In this document: piece by piece, positions 20,294-30,383 of the stretch
How positions within the stretch are numbered: position 1 is the stretch's first letter
Layout: every line of letters begins with the position of its first letter
Assembly (NCBI GenBank): GCA_034530615.2
Contig: JAVRCV020000036.1
Coordinates: 96,001-160,000, forward strand
Direction: 5' to 3'
Source of the DNA: Aulosira sp. ZfuVER01
GTDB taxonomy: Bacteria; Cyanobacteriota; Cyanobacteriia; Cyanobacteriales; Nostocaceae
Length of the DNA: 64,000 nt
The notes under the pieces: model-generated
Told to the model about the DNA's origin: nothing
The model's database searches: none
The model's input: only the letters and a program-made list of their open reading frames with translations
Translations under genes and position numbers: made by a program

Positions 20294-20974
20294 TTACGAA
20301 TTACGTTGATTGAGACGATAACCCATACTGTGAACCGTCTCAATCAGGTCTTCTTTTGCTCCTGCTGCTTTGAGTTTTTGGCGCAGACTCCGGATATGAA
20401 CCTTGACTGCATGTTCTTCCGGGGGTGATTCTAATGTCCAGATGTGTTCAATCATGACGCGGCGGCTGAGAACGCGGCGACCATTCCGCAACAGCAGTTC
20501 TAAGATTCCGTACTCTTTTGGTGTCAAATGGATAGGGATTTGCCCATAGCTAACTTCATAAGTGCTGGGATTAAGACGTAAGTCGCCCCATTCGAGGATT
20601 GGTAGTGATGTCGCACACCCTCGTCGCAGTAAAGCGCGAATGCGAGCAAATAATTTTTGTAAATTGAATGGTTTAACTACATAGTCATCTGCTCCCACAT
20701 CCAGCCCATTAATTTCATCGTGGATTGTGTCACAGGCAGTGAGCATGAGGATAGGCAAATTATAATTGTGCGATCGCAAACGATGACAAAGACTTATGCC
20801 ATCCAATTGGGGTAACATCACATCCAGCAACAGCAAATCATAATCTAGGGCTTTGGCTTGATGCCATCCGGCTTCTCCATCATGGACAACATCAACCACA
20901 TAAAGCTGGTCAGTCAGCGCTTCTGCCAAGGCTTCTGCAAGGCACACATCATCTTCAACCAGGAGAATCCTCAT
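20294..20974 (-). CDS. ccaR: OmpR-family response regulator CcaR
   Basis: MRILLVEDD..LAE.LAEAL.DQLY.VD and LDVMLP closely match CcaR. Divergent from the G-box and cpcL. Confidence 0.85.
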   Translation of the reverse strand: MRILLVEDDVCLAEALAEALTDQLYVVDVVHDGEAGWHQAKALDYDLLLLDVMLPQLDGISLCHRLRSHNYNLPILMLTACDTIHDEINGLDVGADDYVVKPFNLQKLFARIRALLRRGCATSLPILEWGDLRLNPSTYEVSYGQIPIHLTPKEYGILELLLRNGRRVLSRRVMIEHIWTLESPPEEHAVKVHIRSLRQKLKAAGAKEDLIETVHSMGYRLNQRNS

Positions 20975-21140
20975 AAAAAACCAGGATAGGTTTGGTAACT
21001 CTGCGTTTTTAGATGAGATTCCCTTCCCAATTTTACGAGAATTTGTTTACCAAATTCCGGTTTATTTAAGCATCACATTTTGCGCCTAATTTTCCCAAAT
21101 AAATATGACGATATATCAATATTTATTGAATTTGCTAATT

Positions 21141-21162
21141 CTTTCCGATTTCTTTACCGTTT
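21141..21162 (+). promoter_or_regulatory. G-box (CcaR binding site) upstream of cpcL
   Basis: CTTTCCGATTT-CTTTACCGTTT against the known G-box CTTTCCGATTT-CTTTACGATTT. Confidence 0.88.
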
Positions 21163-21220
21163 TCTAACCAGTTTCCTTACGGCTGGTATGCGATCATCCA
21201 GTGTCAGAGGCGAATGGTAC

Positions 21221-21320
21221 TAATATCAATTCAAAACTCAAAATTCAAAATTAAGAAATTCAGATGCCATCTCGGTTTTAAAGTTTACATCTGTTACTTG
21301 ATTTTGACGAATTGCTATTA
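21221..21320. mobile_element. MITE-like element of the 3887 family, in the cpcL upstream region
   Basis: TAATATCAATTCAAAA...CATCTGTT...AATTGCTATTA. Confidence 0.65.
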
Positions 21321-21525
21321 AGATGAGCCGACGAGAGGATACCAGGGAAAATTCTTTCAAAGATATCTCTACATCAAAGCATCTCGCCACGCCACTTGCT
21401 ACCCTACTTTGAGCCACCCTCTCCTCTGTGCGTCAGTCTTAACTCTTAATTAGTGCCATTCGAGTTTAAGAGGTTTTTTGCGTAAGTCATATTGATTTAC
21501 ATTTAGCTGACTTTGGAGAACCCTG

Positions 21526-22272
21526 ATGTCGATTCCTCGATTAGACTATGCACCCTTATCTCAAAATCATCGAGTAGAAGGGTTTGAGGTTCCAGGCGAC
21601 GAACAACCCCGGATTTACACAACCGACAACCTTCTTGCTGCTTCCGAAATGGATATATTGATTTTGGTAGCCTATCGCCAGGTTTATAACGAGCAACAGA
21701 TGCTAGATAGCCATCGTCAGCGATTTTTGGAGTCTCAGTTACGAGCTGGTCAAATCATGGTAAAAGACTTCATTCGCGGATTGGTACTATCCGATTCCTT
21801 CCGACGACTCACTTACGATAGTAATAATAACTATCGGTTTGTCGAGATTTGCATTCAGCGGATTCTCGGTCGTAATGTTTATAGCGATCGCGAAAAACTT
21901 TCTTGGTCGATTGTGCTGGCGACTAAAGGACTGCAAGGCTTTATCGATGATTTACTCAACACTGAAGAATATCTGAGTAACTTTGGATATGATACCGTCC
22001 CTTATCAACGTCGTCGCATCTTACCTCAACACGCTCAAGGTGAACTACCCTTTGCGCGGATGGCGCGTTATGGTGAAGACTATCGAGACAAACTCCCCCG
22101 TCCTTTCTATACAATTCCCACTGGTATTTTTGACGAATTTGAGCGTTTTCGTCTCCAGACCTTCATGAATCGTGCTAACTGGACTAATAGTTTCAGCCTG
22201 ATAGGTTTTGTGATGGTTTTAGCGTTCCTCCTCATCCTGTTTTCAGCAACAAACAATTTGATAGGCGGTTAA
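21526..22272 (+). CDS. cpcL: Rod-membrane linker CpcL (CpcG2)
   Basis: CpcG-type domain ([25 protein letters not shown]) plus a hydrophobic C-terminal helix, FSLIGFVMVLAFLLILF. Confidence 0.88.
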   Translation: MSIPRLDYAPLSQNHRVEGFEVPGDEQPRIYTTDNLLAASEMDILILVAYRQVYNEQQMLDSHRQRFLESQLRAGQIMVKDFIRGLVLSDSFRRLTYDSNNNYRFVEICIQRILGRNVYSDREKLSWSIVLATKGLQGFIDDLLNTEEYLSNFGYDTVPYQRRRILPQHAQGELPFARMARYGEDYRDKLPRPFYTIPTGIFDEFERFRLQTFMNRANWTNSFSLIGFVMVLAFLLILFSATNNLIGG

Positions 22273-22490
22273 TTTTGGAGAGTAGTAACGTCGCTAACGC
22301 TACTCGCTCTTGGGGGAAACCCCAAGAGCGCGCTCCGCACTGGCTCACCTGTTCCCTGTTCCCTTTTAGAAGAACTCCAGTTCTCAACTTGGACGAAATT
22401 TAGATCTATGTGCTAGTCTTTCTTTTGACTTGAAAATTGTTCAGTAAGTGGCATTCAGTAAAACTGATATAGGGGAGATATTTAGAAGTA

Positions 22491-22772
22491 ATGGTAGGTC
22501 AAACTAAACTTAATGCTGGTAGCATTTCTTCATCTGCGAGTCGAGTATTTCGTTATGAAGTTGTAGGCTTGCGGCAAACCTCAGAAACTAATAACAATAA
22601 ATACGACATTCGCCATAGTGGTAGCGTATTTATCAATGTGCCTTACAATCGCATGAATGAAGAAATGCAACGGATTAGCCGTCTCGGTGGCAGAATTGTT
22701 AACATTGAGCCGTTGATTGTAGCCAGTGATGATCCTAGCGCAGTGCCTTACCGTGGTGGTGGCAGACGTTAA
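22491..22772 (+). CDS. cpcD: Rod-capping linker CpcD
   Basis: SRVFRYEVVGLRQ...VPYNRMNEEMQRISRLGGRIVNIEPL. Confidence 0.9.
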   Translation: MVGQTKLNAGSISSSASRVFRYEVVGLRQTSETNNNKYDIRHSGSVFINVPYNRMNEEMQRISRLGGRIVNIEPLIVASDDPSAVPYRGGGRR

Positions 22773-23001
22773 GACGAAGAATCTAATTGCCGAAAATTGC
22801 CTGCTGGGACTGTGAAAAACAGCCATTCCCAATGGTATGATTTCCACCTTGGAAGCATTTGAGGAAACCGTTTCAGCATTTCTTAGCCACTCAATTAAGT
22901 TATGTAATTTTTATTAAACTAAATCGAATAATGTCCCCCTTGTCCTTTATGATTATGAGAACTTTGTAAGATTTCATAAAGGAAAGGGAGATTTTGTATT
23001 T

Positions 23002-23754
23002 GTGGCAATTCCTCTTTTAGAATATTCCCCTATTTCTCAAAATCAGCGGGTAACAGCTTATGAAGTTCCTGGAGATGAGCAACCCAGGATCTTCTCAACA
23101 GAAAACCTGCTTTCCTCAACAGACTTAGATATTCTGATTGAAGCAGCTTATCGTCAGATATTTTTCCATGCTTTTGCTGCCGATCGCGAGCGTTTCCTCG
23201 AGTCCCAGCTTCGCAGTGGTCAAATCACAGTACGCGATTTCATTCGCGGCTTGCTGTTATCTAACACCTACAAGCGCAGTTTCTATGACCTCAATAGCAA
23301 CTATCGTTTTGTAGAACAAACAGTGCAGCGGGTTCTCGGCCGCGATGTTTACAACAACCGCGAAAAGATTGCTTGGTCGATTGTTGTAGCGACAAAGGGT
23401 ATTAAAGGCTTTGTTGATGACCTACTCAACACTGAGGAGTATCTAGAAGCCTTTGGGTACGATACAGTACCTTACCAACGTCGTCGGGTACTACCCGGTC
23501 GGACAGAGGGTGAACTGCCTTTTAACATCAAGTCTCCCCGCTACGATGCTTACCATCGTGCTAAGTTGGGCTTCCCACAAGTGATTTGGCAAACTTCTGT
23601 GCGCCGCTTTACCCCTCCTGAAAGGAAGCCTACAGCAGGTAATCCAGAGCTGTTCCTGGATATGGCACGGAGTATCAACCCAACAGGTAGCGCACCTCAG
23701 CGGCTCTCTGTACAGAATATTGATATCGAAAAATCAGTACCCTATCGTCGGTAA
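23002..23754 (+). CDS. cpcG: Rod-core linker CpcG
   Basis: [25 protein letters not shown] and a hydrophilic C-terminus ending VPYRR. Confidence 0.92.
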   Translation: MAIPLLEYSPISQNQRVTAYEVPGDEQPRIFSTENLLSSTDLDILIEAAYRQIFFHAFAADRERFLESQLRSGQITVRDFIRGLLLSNTYKRSFYDLNSNYRFVEQTVQRVLGRDVYNNREKIAWSIVVATKGIKGFVDDLLNTEEYLEAFGYDTVPYQRRRVLPGRTEGELPFNIKSPRYDAYHRAKLGFPQVIWQTSVRRFTPPERKPTAGNPELFLDMARSINPTGSAPQRLSVQNIDIEKSVPYRR

Positions 23755-23770
23755 GCTGATTTAAAAACTC

Positions 23771-23826
23771 AAGCATAGTGTATGTCGCACCTAAATAAAG
23801 ATACGGCATACCCTATGCTTGCTTTG
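23771..23826 (+). terminator. Long stem-loop after cpcG
   Basis: AAGCATAG-T-GTATGTCG ... CGGCATAC-C-CTATGCTT. Confidence 0.55.
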
Positions 23827-24019
23827 TTTCTAACAAATAGACTCTATTTTTCTCTAGAAAGAGTCAAAGAAGAAAGCGAGTTAACAACCAACACAGTTCA
23901 ATAGGTGCACGGCGCTAGTAAGATTGTCTAGTTTGAAAAATATTTTGCGTGCCGTGCCCCTACTAGGTGTAATCAATTCCAGCCTAACTGAGTTGTATGG
24001 AGTTAACAACCTCAGGCTC

Positions 24020-24439
24020 TCAGGCGCATTCATCATTCTCTGCACGAAATCCGAGTTCTAAGAGAGCTTTGCGGATTGTGGCTTTAGAAGGGCGAACTTT
24101 TGGTGCAGCTAATCCCATTTCTCTAGCAGTCTCAAACAGATCCCGCATCAATATATCCAGCGAAGTATCATCTGCATCTTCTGGAAGCTTCTCAATTCTT
24201 GCTTCGTATGCTAGCGTATAAAGCTCTAAGTGATGTTTTCCCATCACTCTAGCCAGTTTTCTTAAAGTTTCAGGCGTAGGACAGGTTCCCTTAAAGCAAG
24301 CACCTCTCAGTCTCGGTTGAGGAACACCAGACAAATCCGCCAGACGGTTCATACTGATACCCTGTTCTTCCAAGTATTGAAGAATGAATCGTCCTAAAGG
24401 GGAGCAATCTTCAGCTTTTATTTGCAACCTTGCTGGCAT
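24020..24439 (-). CDS. XRE/Cro-like helix-turn-helix protein
   Basis: GISMNRLADLSGVPQPRL...PTPETLRKLARVMG. Confidence 0.75.
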   Translation of the reverse strand: MPARLQIKAEDCSPLGRFILQYLEEQGISMNRLADLSGVPQPRLRGACFKGTCPTPETLRKLARVMGKHHLELYTLAYEARIEKLPEDADDTSLDILMRDLFETAREMGLAAPKVRPSKATIRKALLELGFRAENDECA

Positions 24440-24491
24440 TTTTCGGTGTCAGGAAAATATAAATATCTACAATATAGCGGACTCAAAGGGA

Positions 24492-24623
24492 TTATATCGT
24501 GTCCGGGGAAAGACTTGTCATTAAGACAGCAGGGGGCAGGGAGCAGAGAGCAGGGGGAAAGAGAATTTCGCGATTTTTGCACAGATGCGAGAATTATCAC
24601 TAAGTTAAGCAAACATGATATTA
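24492..24623. mobile_element. Second MITE-like family (TATC(A/G)TGT..ACATGATA ends, GGGAGCA heptamers)
   Basis: Imperfect terminal inverted repeats. The internal ATTAA(G/A)ACAGCAGGGG...TTTTTGCACAGATG is shared with 27988-28063. Confidence 0.5.
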
Positions 24624-24777
24624 CGCATCAGGGCTTCCAAATAAAAAAATATCCCATCGCTCTGAATCCAGGGAAGCAATTTGAACTATTGAAGGGATAC
24701 GGATACCTTGGGCGGTTATTCCCACTGAAGTTTTGAGGATAATTTGTCAAAATCAAAGATAACTGGAGGTTCAAAAC

Positions 24778-25089
24778 ATGAAATTTTCAATCCAATCAGT
24801 TTACGCTTGGTATCGCGATTTGCTTCGGAATCCAAAGTACCGTTGGTGGGTAATTTTAGGAACAATTGTTTATATTATCAGCCCTATTGATATTGCCCCA
24901 GATTTTATACCCATTGTGGGAGAAATTGATGATGTTTTACTGCTGACCCTGCTAGTTACTGAGGTATCGGGACTAGTTATTGAAGGCTGGAAAGCTCGTA
25001 AGGGTGTAGCCACCAACAACCCCAACACGTCTGAGGATTCCACATCTACTGCAAGTACTGTCGATGTTGATGCTGTCTCTGTCAAGTAA
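24778..25089 (+). CDS. YkvA / DUF1232 family membrane protein
   Basis: YIISPIDIAPDFIPIVGEIDD. Confidence 0.9.
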   Translation: MKFSIQSVYAWYRDLLRNPKYRWWVILGTIVYIISPIDIAPDFIPIVGEIDDVLLLTLLVTEVSGLVIEGWKARKGVATNNPNTSEDSTSTASTVDVDAVSVK

Positions 25090-25115
25090 TTTTGCAAAAG
25101 ATATCAAATTTAACA

Positions 25116-25150
25116 AACCCCTACCTTTACTAAGGTGGGGGTTATTTTTT
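25116..25150 (+). terminator. Rho-independent terminator
   Basis: AACCCCTACCTT-TACT-AAGGTGGGGGTT followed by a T run. Confidence 0.8.
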
Positions 25151-25302
25151 AGGTAATATAAGCCACCCTTTTATGAAAAACATACACCTGTGAGAATCCA
25201 GGTAGCGAATAAGGGTAAAGCAAGTAACGGTATTGATTACCCCAATTTAACTTTGAGAGAGTTAAATTGGTTTCATTGCACTTAGCAAAAAACACTGACT
25301 CA

Positions 25303-25692
25303 ATGACAGATAATTTCGACCAAGAACTAGAAGTAGAAATTCTGTCTGCTGCCCTGACAATTGAACGCCAGGAAACAGGAGATATCTTAAAATTATTGGC
25401 TTTCAAATTACAACGCGCTTTGCCTCAAAATACACAAGTACAACGTCAATGGTTTGGTTTAGGTGCGGTTACAGCAGTTACCCTCTGTTTTAACGATCAT
25501 CACTACCAAATCAACCGCGATCGCTATGGAAGTATTACAGCTAAAGTCATGAAATTAGTAGGCGGTGTCAAAATTAAAACTACTGAAGTATCAGTTACAG
25601 AATGGAGGCAAGCCGTAGCAGCAACATTAGTTCAAGTATCATCTCGCAATACCGAGATGCGAGAAGCTTTGAGTAAGTTCATTTTGGGCTAA
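25303..25692 (+). CDS. Hypothetical protein, first gene of the YbjQ module
   Basis: Clean ORF, 33 bp from the next gene. Confidence 0.7.
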   Translation: MTDNFDQELEVEILSAALTIERQETGDILKLLAFKLQRALPQNTQVQRQWFGLGAVTAVTLCFNDHHYQINRDRYGSITAKVMKLVGGVKIKTTEVSVTEWRQAVAATLVQVSSRNTEMREALSKFILG

Positions 25693-25725
25693 TAGCCCTA
25701 CATAAATTAAATTGGACTGCTATGT

Positions 25726-26850
25726 ATGGGATTATTCGCAAAACTCGCTAAAAATATTTGGACTACTACTAAGTTAGGAGTAGGTTCTCTATCTCAACAA
25801 AGTTCTCAAATTAACAAGGCTGCGTTTACTATTCCTACTCATCGGCTAAAGCAACACAAAGATATTCAAAAAAAGTTTGGCAAATCTTTCTTCACCAGCG
25901 ATTTAAGTACCAATGAATACTTACTGACTCGTGAAGCTGGTTGTGAACCTGTCGGGTTAGTGATGGGAACTAGCTTTTATAAAGTCGGATTTTATGGTTA
26001 TTTTTGGGGCTATCGTAACCATACTGGTGAAGTGGAAGCTTTAACTCAAGCCCAGATAGCTGTACGAGAACTGGCTGTAAGTAGGATGCAGGCAGAAGCA
26101 GCAATGTTAGGCGCTCATGGCATTATTGGAGTACGTCTCCATCAGCGTCGTCAAGTATGGGGTATGGGGATGGTGGAATTTACAGCTATTGGGACTGCAA
26201 TTCGGATACCTAACCGTCCACCAACAAACAAACCTTTTACCAGTGACTTGAGCGGACAGGAATTTTGGCAACTGCGTCAAGCTGGTTATTGGCCTATGGG
26301 TTTAGTTTTTGGTGCTTGTTCTTATTATGTGCATAGCGATCGCACTACTCGCACCTTAATGAATAACTCTGCTTGGAATCGTTTAGTTGGTCAAGGCAGG
26401 CGTAACCAAGAATTAACCCAGTTTACTCAAGGCTTTCAAGATGCACGGGAATTAGCAGTGATGAGGCTGTCCGCAGAAATCAGTCAATTGTCAGCTAAGG
26501 GTGCAGTAGGAATGCACATTGAAAAGAGTGAAGAAATTATTACTTATCAGCCTCAGTCACCGTTAGGTTGCTTTGTAGCTTTTTTCACTTTTGGTCTGTT
26601 GATTGCTTGTTTTGGGGCTATTATCGCCGGTCACGGCACTGCTGCGGGTGTGAGTTTTGTGTTGTTATTCGTTAGTTTCACTATCAATATTATTGTCGCG
26701 GTTTTCAACAACATCCTTGGGAATAATGGCCCCTTCCGTGACATCCTCATTAATTTTGTTGCTATTGGGACTGCCATTGTTGAAGATGAATTACCATCTG
26801 AAAACCCAGTTAGTAAAACTCTAATTTTCTACCCACTTTCTCAACGGTAA
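25726..26850 (+). CDS. Tandem YbjQ-like (putative heavy-metal-binding) domain protein with a TM hairpin
   Basis: Two copies of FTSDLS...P.GLV.G...RELA..RM..EA...GA.G..G...F.AIGTAI. Confidence 0.8.
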   Translation: MGLFAKLAKNIWTTTKLGVGSLSQQSSQINKAAFTIPTHRLKQHKDIQKKFGKSFFTSDLSTNEYLLTREAGCEPVGLVMGTSFYKVGFYGYFWGYRNHTGEVEALTQAQIAVRELAVSRMQAEAAMLGAHGIIGVRLHQRRQVWGMGMVEFTAIGTAIRIPNRPPTNKPFTSDLSGQEFWQLRQAGYWPMGLVFGACSYYVHSDRTTRTLMNNSAWNRLVGQGRRNQELTQFTQGFQDARELAVMRLSAEISQLSAKGAVGMHIEKSEEIITYQPQSPLGCFVAFFTFGLLIACFGAIIAGHGTAAGVSFVLLFVSFTINIIVAVFNNILGNNGPFRDILINFVAIGTAIVEDELPSENPVSKTLIFYPLSQR

Positions 26851-26858
26851 ATTTAATT

Positions 26859-27752
26859 ATGACAAACCAAGTTCCTCAACCTCATCATAATCCGGCGATC
26901 GCAGCTGATTTACCAGAACACGCCCGCGAACGGTTAAAAATGATGCAAAAGGGCGGTAAGCAAAGTAATTTGTTTACCAGCGATCTCTCAGTAAATGAGT
27001 TCCTGTTAGTCAAAGAAGCTGGTTTTGAGCCGTTGGGATTAGTAGTTGGCTGTTCGATGTATCACATCGGCTTTCAATGGGCTAACATTAACCAAAATAT
27101 GGAAATGACTGTTCTTTCCCAAGCGATGTATCATGCTCGGGAATTAGCTATGAGTCGGATGCAGGAAGAAGCAGAAGCATTAGACGCAGATGGTATTGTT
27201 GGGGTGCGTCTGAGTGCTAAACACATGACTTGGGAACCGAATATGGCGGAGTTTGTGGCGATTGGAACAGCAGTCAAAGCAACTAATACCTCAACTTCTT
27301 ATCGTACTTTTGCTGGCAAACCTTTTACCAGTGACCTATCCGGGCAAGATTTTTGGACACTTCTGAGAGCAGGTTATCGTCCTCTGGGCTTAGTCATGGG
27401 TAACTGCGTCTATCATGTTGCTTTTCAAGGCTTGGGACAATGGTTTAGAAATATTGGCAAAAATGTAGAGATGACCAATTTTACCCAAGCATTATATGAT
27501 GCACGCGAATTAGCGATGGAAAGAATGCAAGTTGAAGCATCTCAACTGCAAGCCGAAGGAATTATCGGCGCAAATATTCATGAGCATCAGTATTCTTGGA
27601 GTTCCCATGTAATTGAGTTTTTTGCTATAGGTACAGCAGTTATAGCTACCCGCACTGACCATCATATTCCCACACCTCATTTAACCCTCTCATTAAATGA
27701 CCCACCTACACAGCTAAATACTGTGTTAGCACCACCTAGTGCTGACCATTAG
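26859..27752 (+). CDS. Tandem YbjQ-like domain protein
   Basis: Same duplicated motif set, 8 bp downstream of its paralog. Confidence 0.82.
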   Translation: MTNQVPQPHHNPAIAADLPEHARERLKMMQKGGKQSNLFTSDLSVNEFLLVKEAGFEPLGLVVGCSMYHIGFQWANINQNMEMTVLSQAMYHARELAMSRMQEEAEALDADGIVGVRLSAKHMTWEPNMAEFVAIGTAVKATNTSTSYRTFAGKPFTSDLSGQDFWTLLRAGYRPLGLVMGNCVYHVAFQGLGQWFRNIGKNVEMTNFTQALYDARELAMERMQVEASQLQAEGIIGANIHEHQYSWSSHVIEFFAIGTAVIATRTDHHIPTPHLTLSLNDPPTQLNTVLAPPSADH

Positions 27753-28350
27753 TCACATAACACTCGATCCTGTTTTCAAGGTGTTTGCCACTCCCCAAAT
27801 ATAAAAAGTGGTTCTTTCTACTATGGAACCAAAGTTCCTAAGTAACAAGCCAATCCTCAATTCTCAATCCACTATAGAAATCAGCATTACTCAAGAACGC
27901 TTGTGCCGCTACAGTGTAATTAAAATTAGGGAATCATTCGCATATTTCAAATTCCCTATAATATTGTGTTCTACGAAAAAACTCTGATTAAAACAGCAGG
28001 GGATCTCTGATATCTGCTTGGGGAGCAAAGAGAAAGAGTATTTTCCGGTTTTTGCACAGATGTGTTAATCCTAATTCATCAACCGGATTTGATATCAAAT
28101 CCGGCTTTTAACTTTTGCATTGTGGTTGCCAGTAGCTATGCTACCTCTATCGTAGGATTTGTTCTGATTGTTAATATCATATTAAGATATTTTAGTCAAT
28201 CCCATTTTTAAATTTTAGAAGATAAAATATTTGTAAACAATCACATAGTACTGATACTTATCTCGAATTTCTCTATGAAATTCATAGATAAGTTTTCGCT
28301 TTGTTGTTGACAACAAGGTGAGGTATTTATTTTATTTTTGTAAGAATACA

Positions 28351-30237
28351 ATGATACAAAATCGGGAAATACCAATCTACGATACCGTCATCGTAGGCGG
28401 TGGGATCGCAGGAATGTATTGCAGTTTAAGACTGGCACAAAGAAACCAGCAAGTTGCTTTATTTGAAAAATCCCATCGTTGGGGAGGATGCATTGAAACC
28501 GTCAGAATGGGAAAAGGCAAAGAATTTAAAGCTGAATTTGGGCCGATGCGGTTTGAGGAAAAAGGACAACATTTCTTGAAAAACTTGCTCGATGAATTAC
28601 AGCTAGAATATTCTCCTTTCCCACAATATCAATCTTCTAAACCCAAATGGCCTGATTATAATATCCAAGACCCCGAAGAACAAAGATGGCAGGAAGATCC
28701 CTTAAATCTGCTACGAATGGGAATTTTAAAAATTCTGGGATTTTACAGAAATGGGATGTCCAAGCAGGAAATGGATAATGAAATCGCCAAATTCGAGCAA
28801 CAAGAACCTGCAATTGCGCCAGAGTATGACTACGACATTTTGCGTCAAACTGCTAGACAAGGCGGTAAACCCAATGGTCAACTCTTGTATACTCGCGGCT
28901 TTTGGAACGCTTTGAGCGATGCTTTGAGTCATCGGGCTATTTTGAAGATTAGAGATATGGGGAATTTTTATCACTTTGTTTCCGAAAACCCCAATGCGAT
29001 TGAATGGATCATTTTCTGGCTGCGTGGTTTGCAACCAAACGATAGATTGGTAGGAATCAAAGGCGGTTCAGCACAAATTACGGAGAAACTGCTCAAAAAA
29101 CTTGATGAATTTAGCAATCTTGCTCGCAAAAACAACCATGATTTGAAAGCAATAAGTTCTGAAGGTGAATTCGTCAGGCTTTATTTTCAAGGAGAAATCG
29201 AAGAAGTTCTGGCTAAAAACGTAATTTTAGCTTTACCGAAAACTGCATTGCTGCGTTTGTCGCCATATTTCCCAGAAACTATCCGCAAAGCTTTAGATTC
29301 AGTAATTGCCATTCCCCTGCTAAAAGTCTTTTTTGTGACTGATAGCCCTTGGTGGGATGAAGATACTCAACCGCAAACTGGAGCTTATACACTTCCCACA
29401 AGAGAAGTACATTATTATCAGGAACATTCCCTTCAGCTTTCTCAAGACAGAAAACAGCAATATGAAGCCCAACTCAATGAAGGGATCATTTCCCAACAGA
29501 TGCGGAGTGAATTTATTGATGCGGGAATTGAGCTTCCTGATGATATGACTGTGGATAAGAAAAACAACGGCAAGGGCTGGATAATTTACTATACGCCTTA
29601 CCGCAAAAGCCATGAGTATTTTATCCGGCAAGAAGACTTTTCCGTGTTCAACAAAAACGGCAAAGGTATGGTAATGGTTTATACCGATCGCCCAGCAGGA
29701 GAATATTGGAAAGACTATATCTTGAGTCCCGACTATCACGAGCAAGCAGAAATTAGAGGAGATTTGAGATTAGTTGAGCAGTTCTTTAAATACCTTGCTG
29801 ATGGCTTTGAGATAGAAAAGCAGGCTGATGATGTTTCTCAAAGCAGCATCTTCCCCAATTATCCCCAATGTTTTCTCGATCAATCAGCTCAAAAAATTGT
29901 TGAAGATCTCAAGGGAACTATTGAAGATTTTGGCATTCATGATTGGGGAAAAGCTCCTTATGGTGCAGCCTGTCATGCATGGCGACCTAATGTAAAGTCA
30001 GGAGAAGTAATGGTACGTTTGAGAGCCTTTAGCTCGATCAACGATCAATACAAGCATAAAAACATTCATATCTGCGGAGAAACTTACTCTGATTACCAAG
30101 GCTTTATTGAAGGTGCCTTGCGTTCTGCTCAGGACGTGTTGAAATGGATTGAGGCGCAAGAAGAGCGAGAAAATGTGGCTAGTGGTGAAGGGCAGATGAG
30201 AGAATTACTCTCAAATTTAAATTCATATCACATCTAA
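28351..30237 (+). CDS. Flavin-dependent amine / L-amino-acid oxidase family protein
   Basis: IVGGGIAG, E...RWGG.I.T, EFGPMRF and C-terminal ICGETYSDYQGFIEGALRSA. Confidence 0.85.
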   Translation: MIQNREIPIYDTVIVGGGIAGMYCSLRLAQRNQQVALFEKSHRWGGCIETVRMGKGKEFKAEFGPMRFEEKGQHFLKNLLDELQLEYSPFPQYQSSKPKWPDYNIQDPEEQRWQEDPLNLLRMGILKILGFYRNGMSKQEMDNEIAKFEQQEPAIAPEYDYDILRQTARQGGKPNGQLLYTRGFWNALSDALSHRAILKIRDMGNFYHFVSENPNAIEWIIFWLRGLQPNDRLVGIKGGSAQITEKLLKKLDEFSNLARKNNHDLKAISSEGEFVRLYFQGEIEEVLAKNVILALPKTALLRLSPYFPETIRKALDSVIAIPLLKVFFVTDSPWWDEDTQPQTGAYTLPTREVHYYQEHSLQLSQDRKQQYEAQLNEGIISQQMRSEFIDAGIELPDDMTVDKKNNGKGWIIYYTPYRKSHEYFIRQEDFSVFNKNGKGMVMVYTDRPAGEYWKDYILSPDYHEQAEIRGDLRLVEQFFKYLADGFEIEKQADDVSQSSIFPNYPQCFLDQSAQKIVEDLKGTIEDFGIHDWGKAPYGAACHAWRPNVKSGEVMVRLRAFSSINDQYKHKNIHICGETYSDYQGFIEGALRSAQDVLKWIEAQEERENVASGEGQMRELLSNLNSYHI

Positions 30238-30239
30238 AA

Positions 30240-30365
30240 GGCATGGGGAATGGGGCATTGGGCATTGGGCATTGGGCATTGGGCATGGGGAACAGGGAAC
30301 AGGTAATAGTTATTTCTTCTCTGCTTCCTCCCTATCTCCCCACACTTCCCACACTCCCCACACTC
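30240..30365. repeat. STRR heptamers (GGGCATT)n and nonamers (CCCCACACT)
   Basis: Direct tandem repeats between convergent genes. A similar array lies at 36661-36790. Confidence 0.85.
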
Positions 30366-30383
30366 TCTTGTCTTCCCCTGCTT

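Noticed and set aside
22735..22772. CpcD tail SAVPYR resembling the CpcG C-terminus SVPYRR
   Set aside because: The match is too short to distinguish from chance.
24418..24736. ORFs of 104 aa (+) and 64 aa (-)
   Set aside because: They translate a repeat element (QGAGSREQG / SPCSLLPAPC are heptamer-derived).
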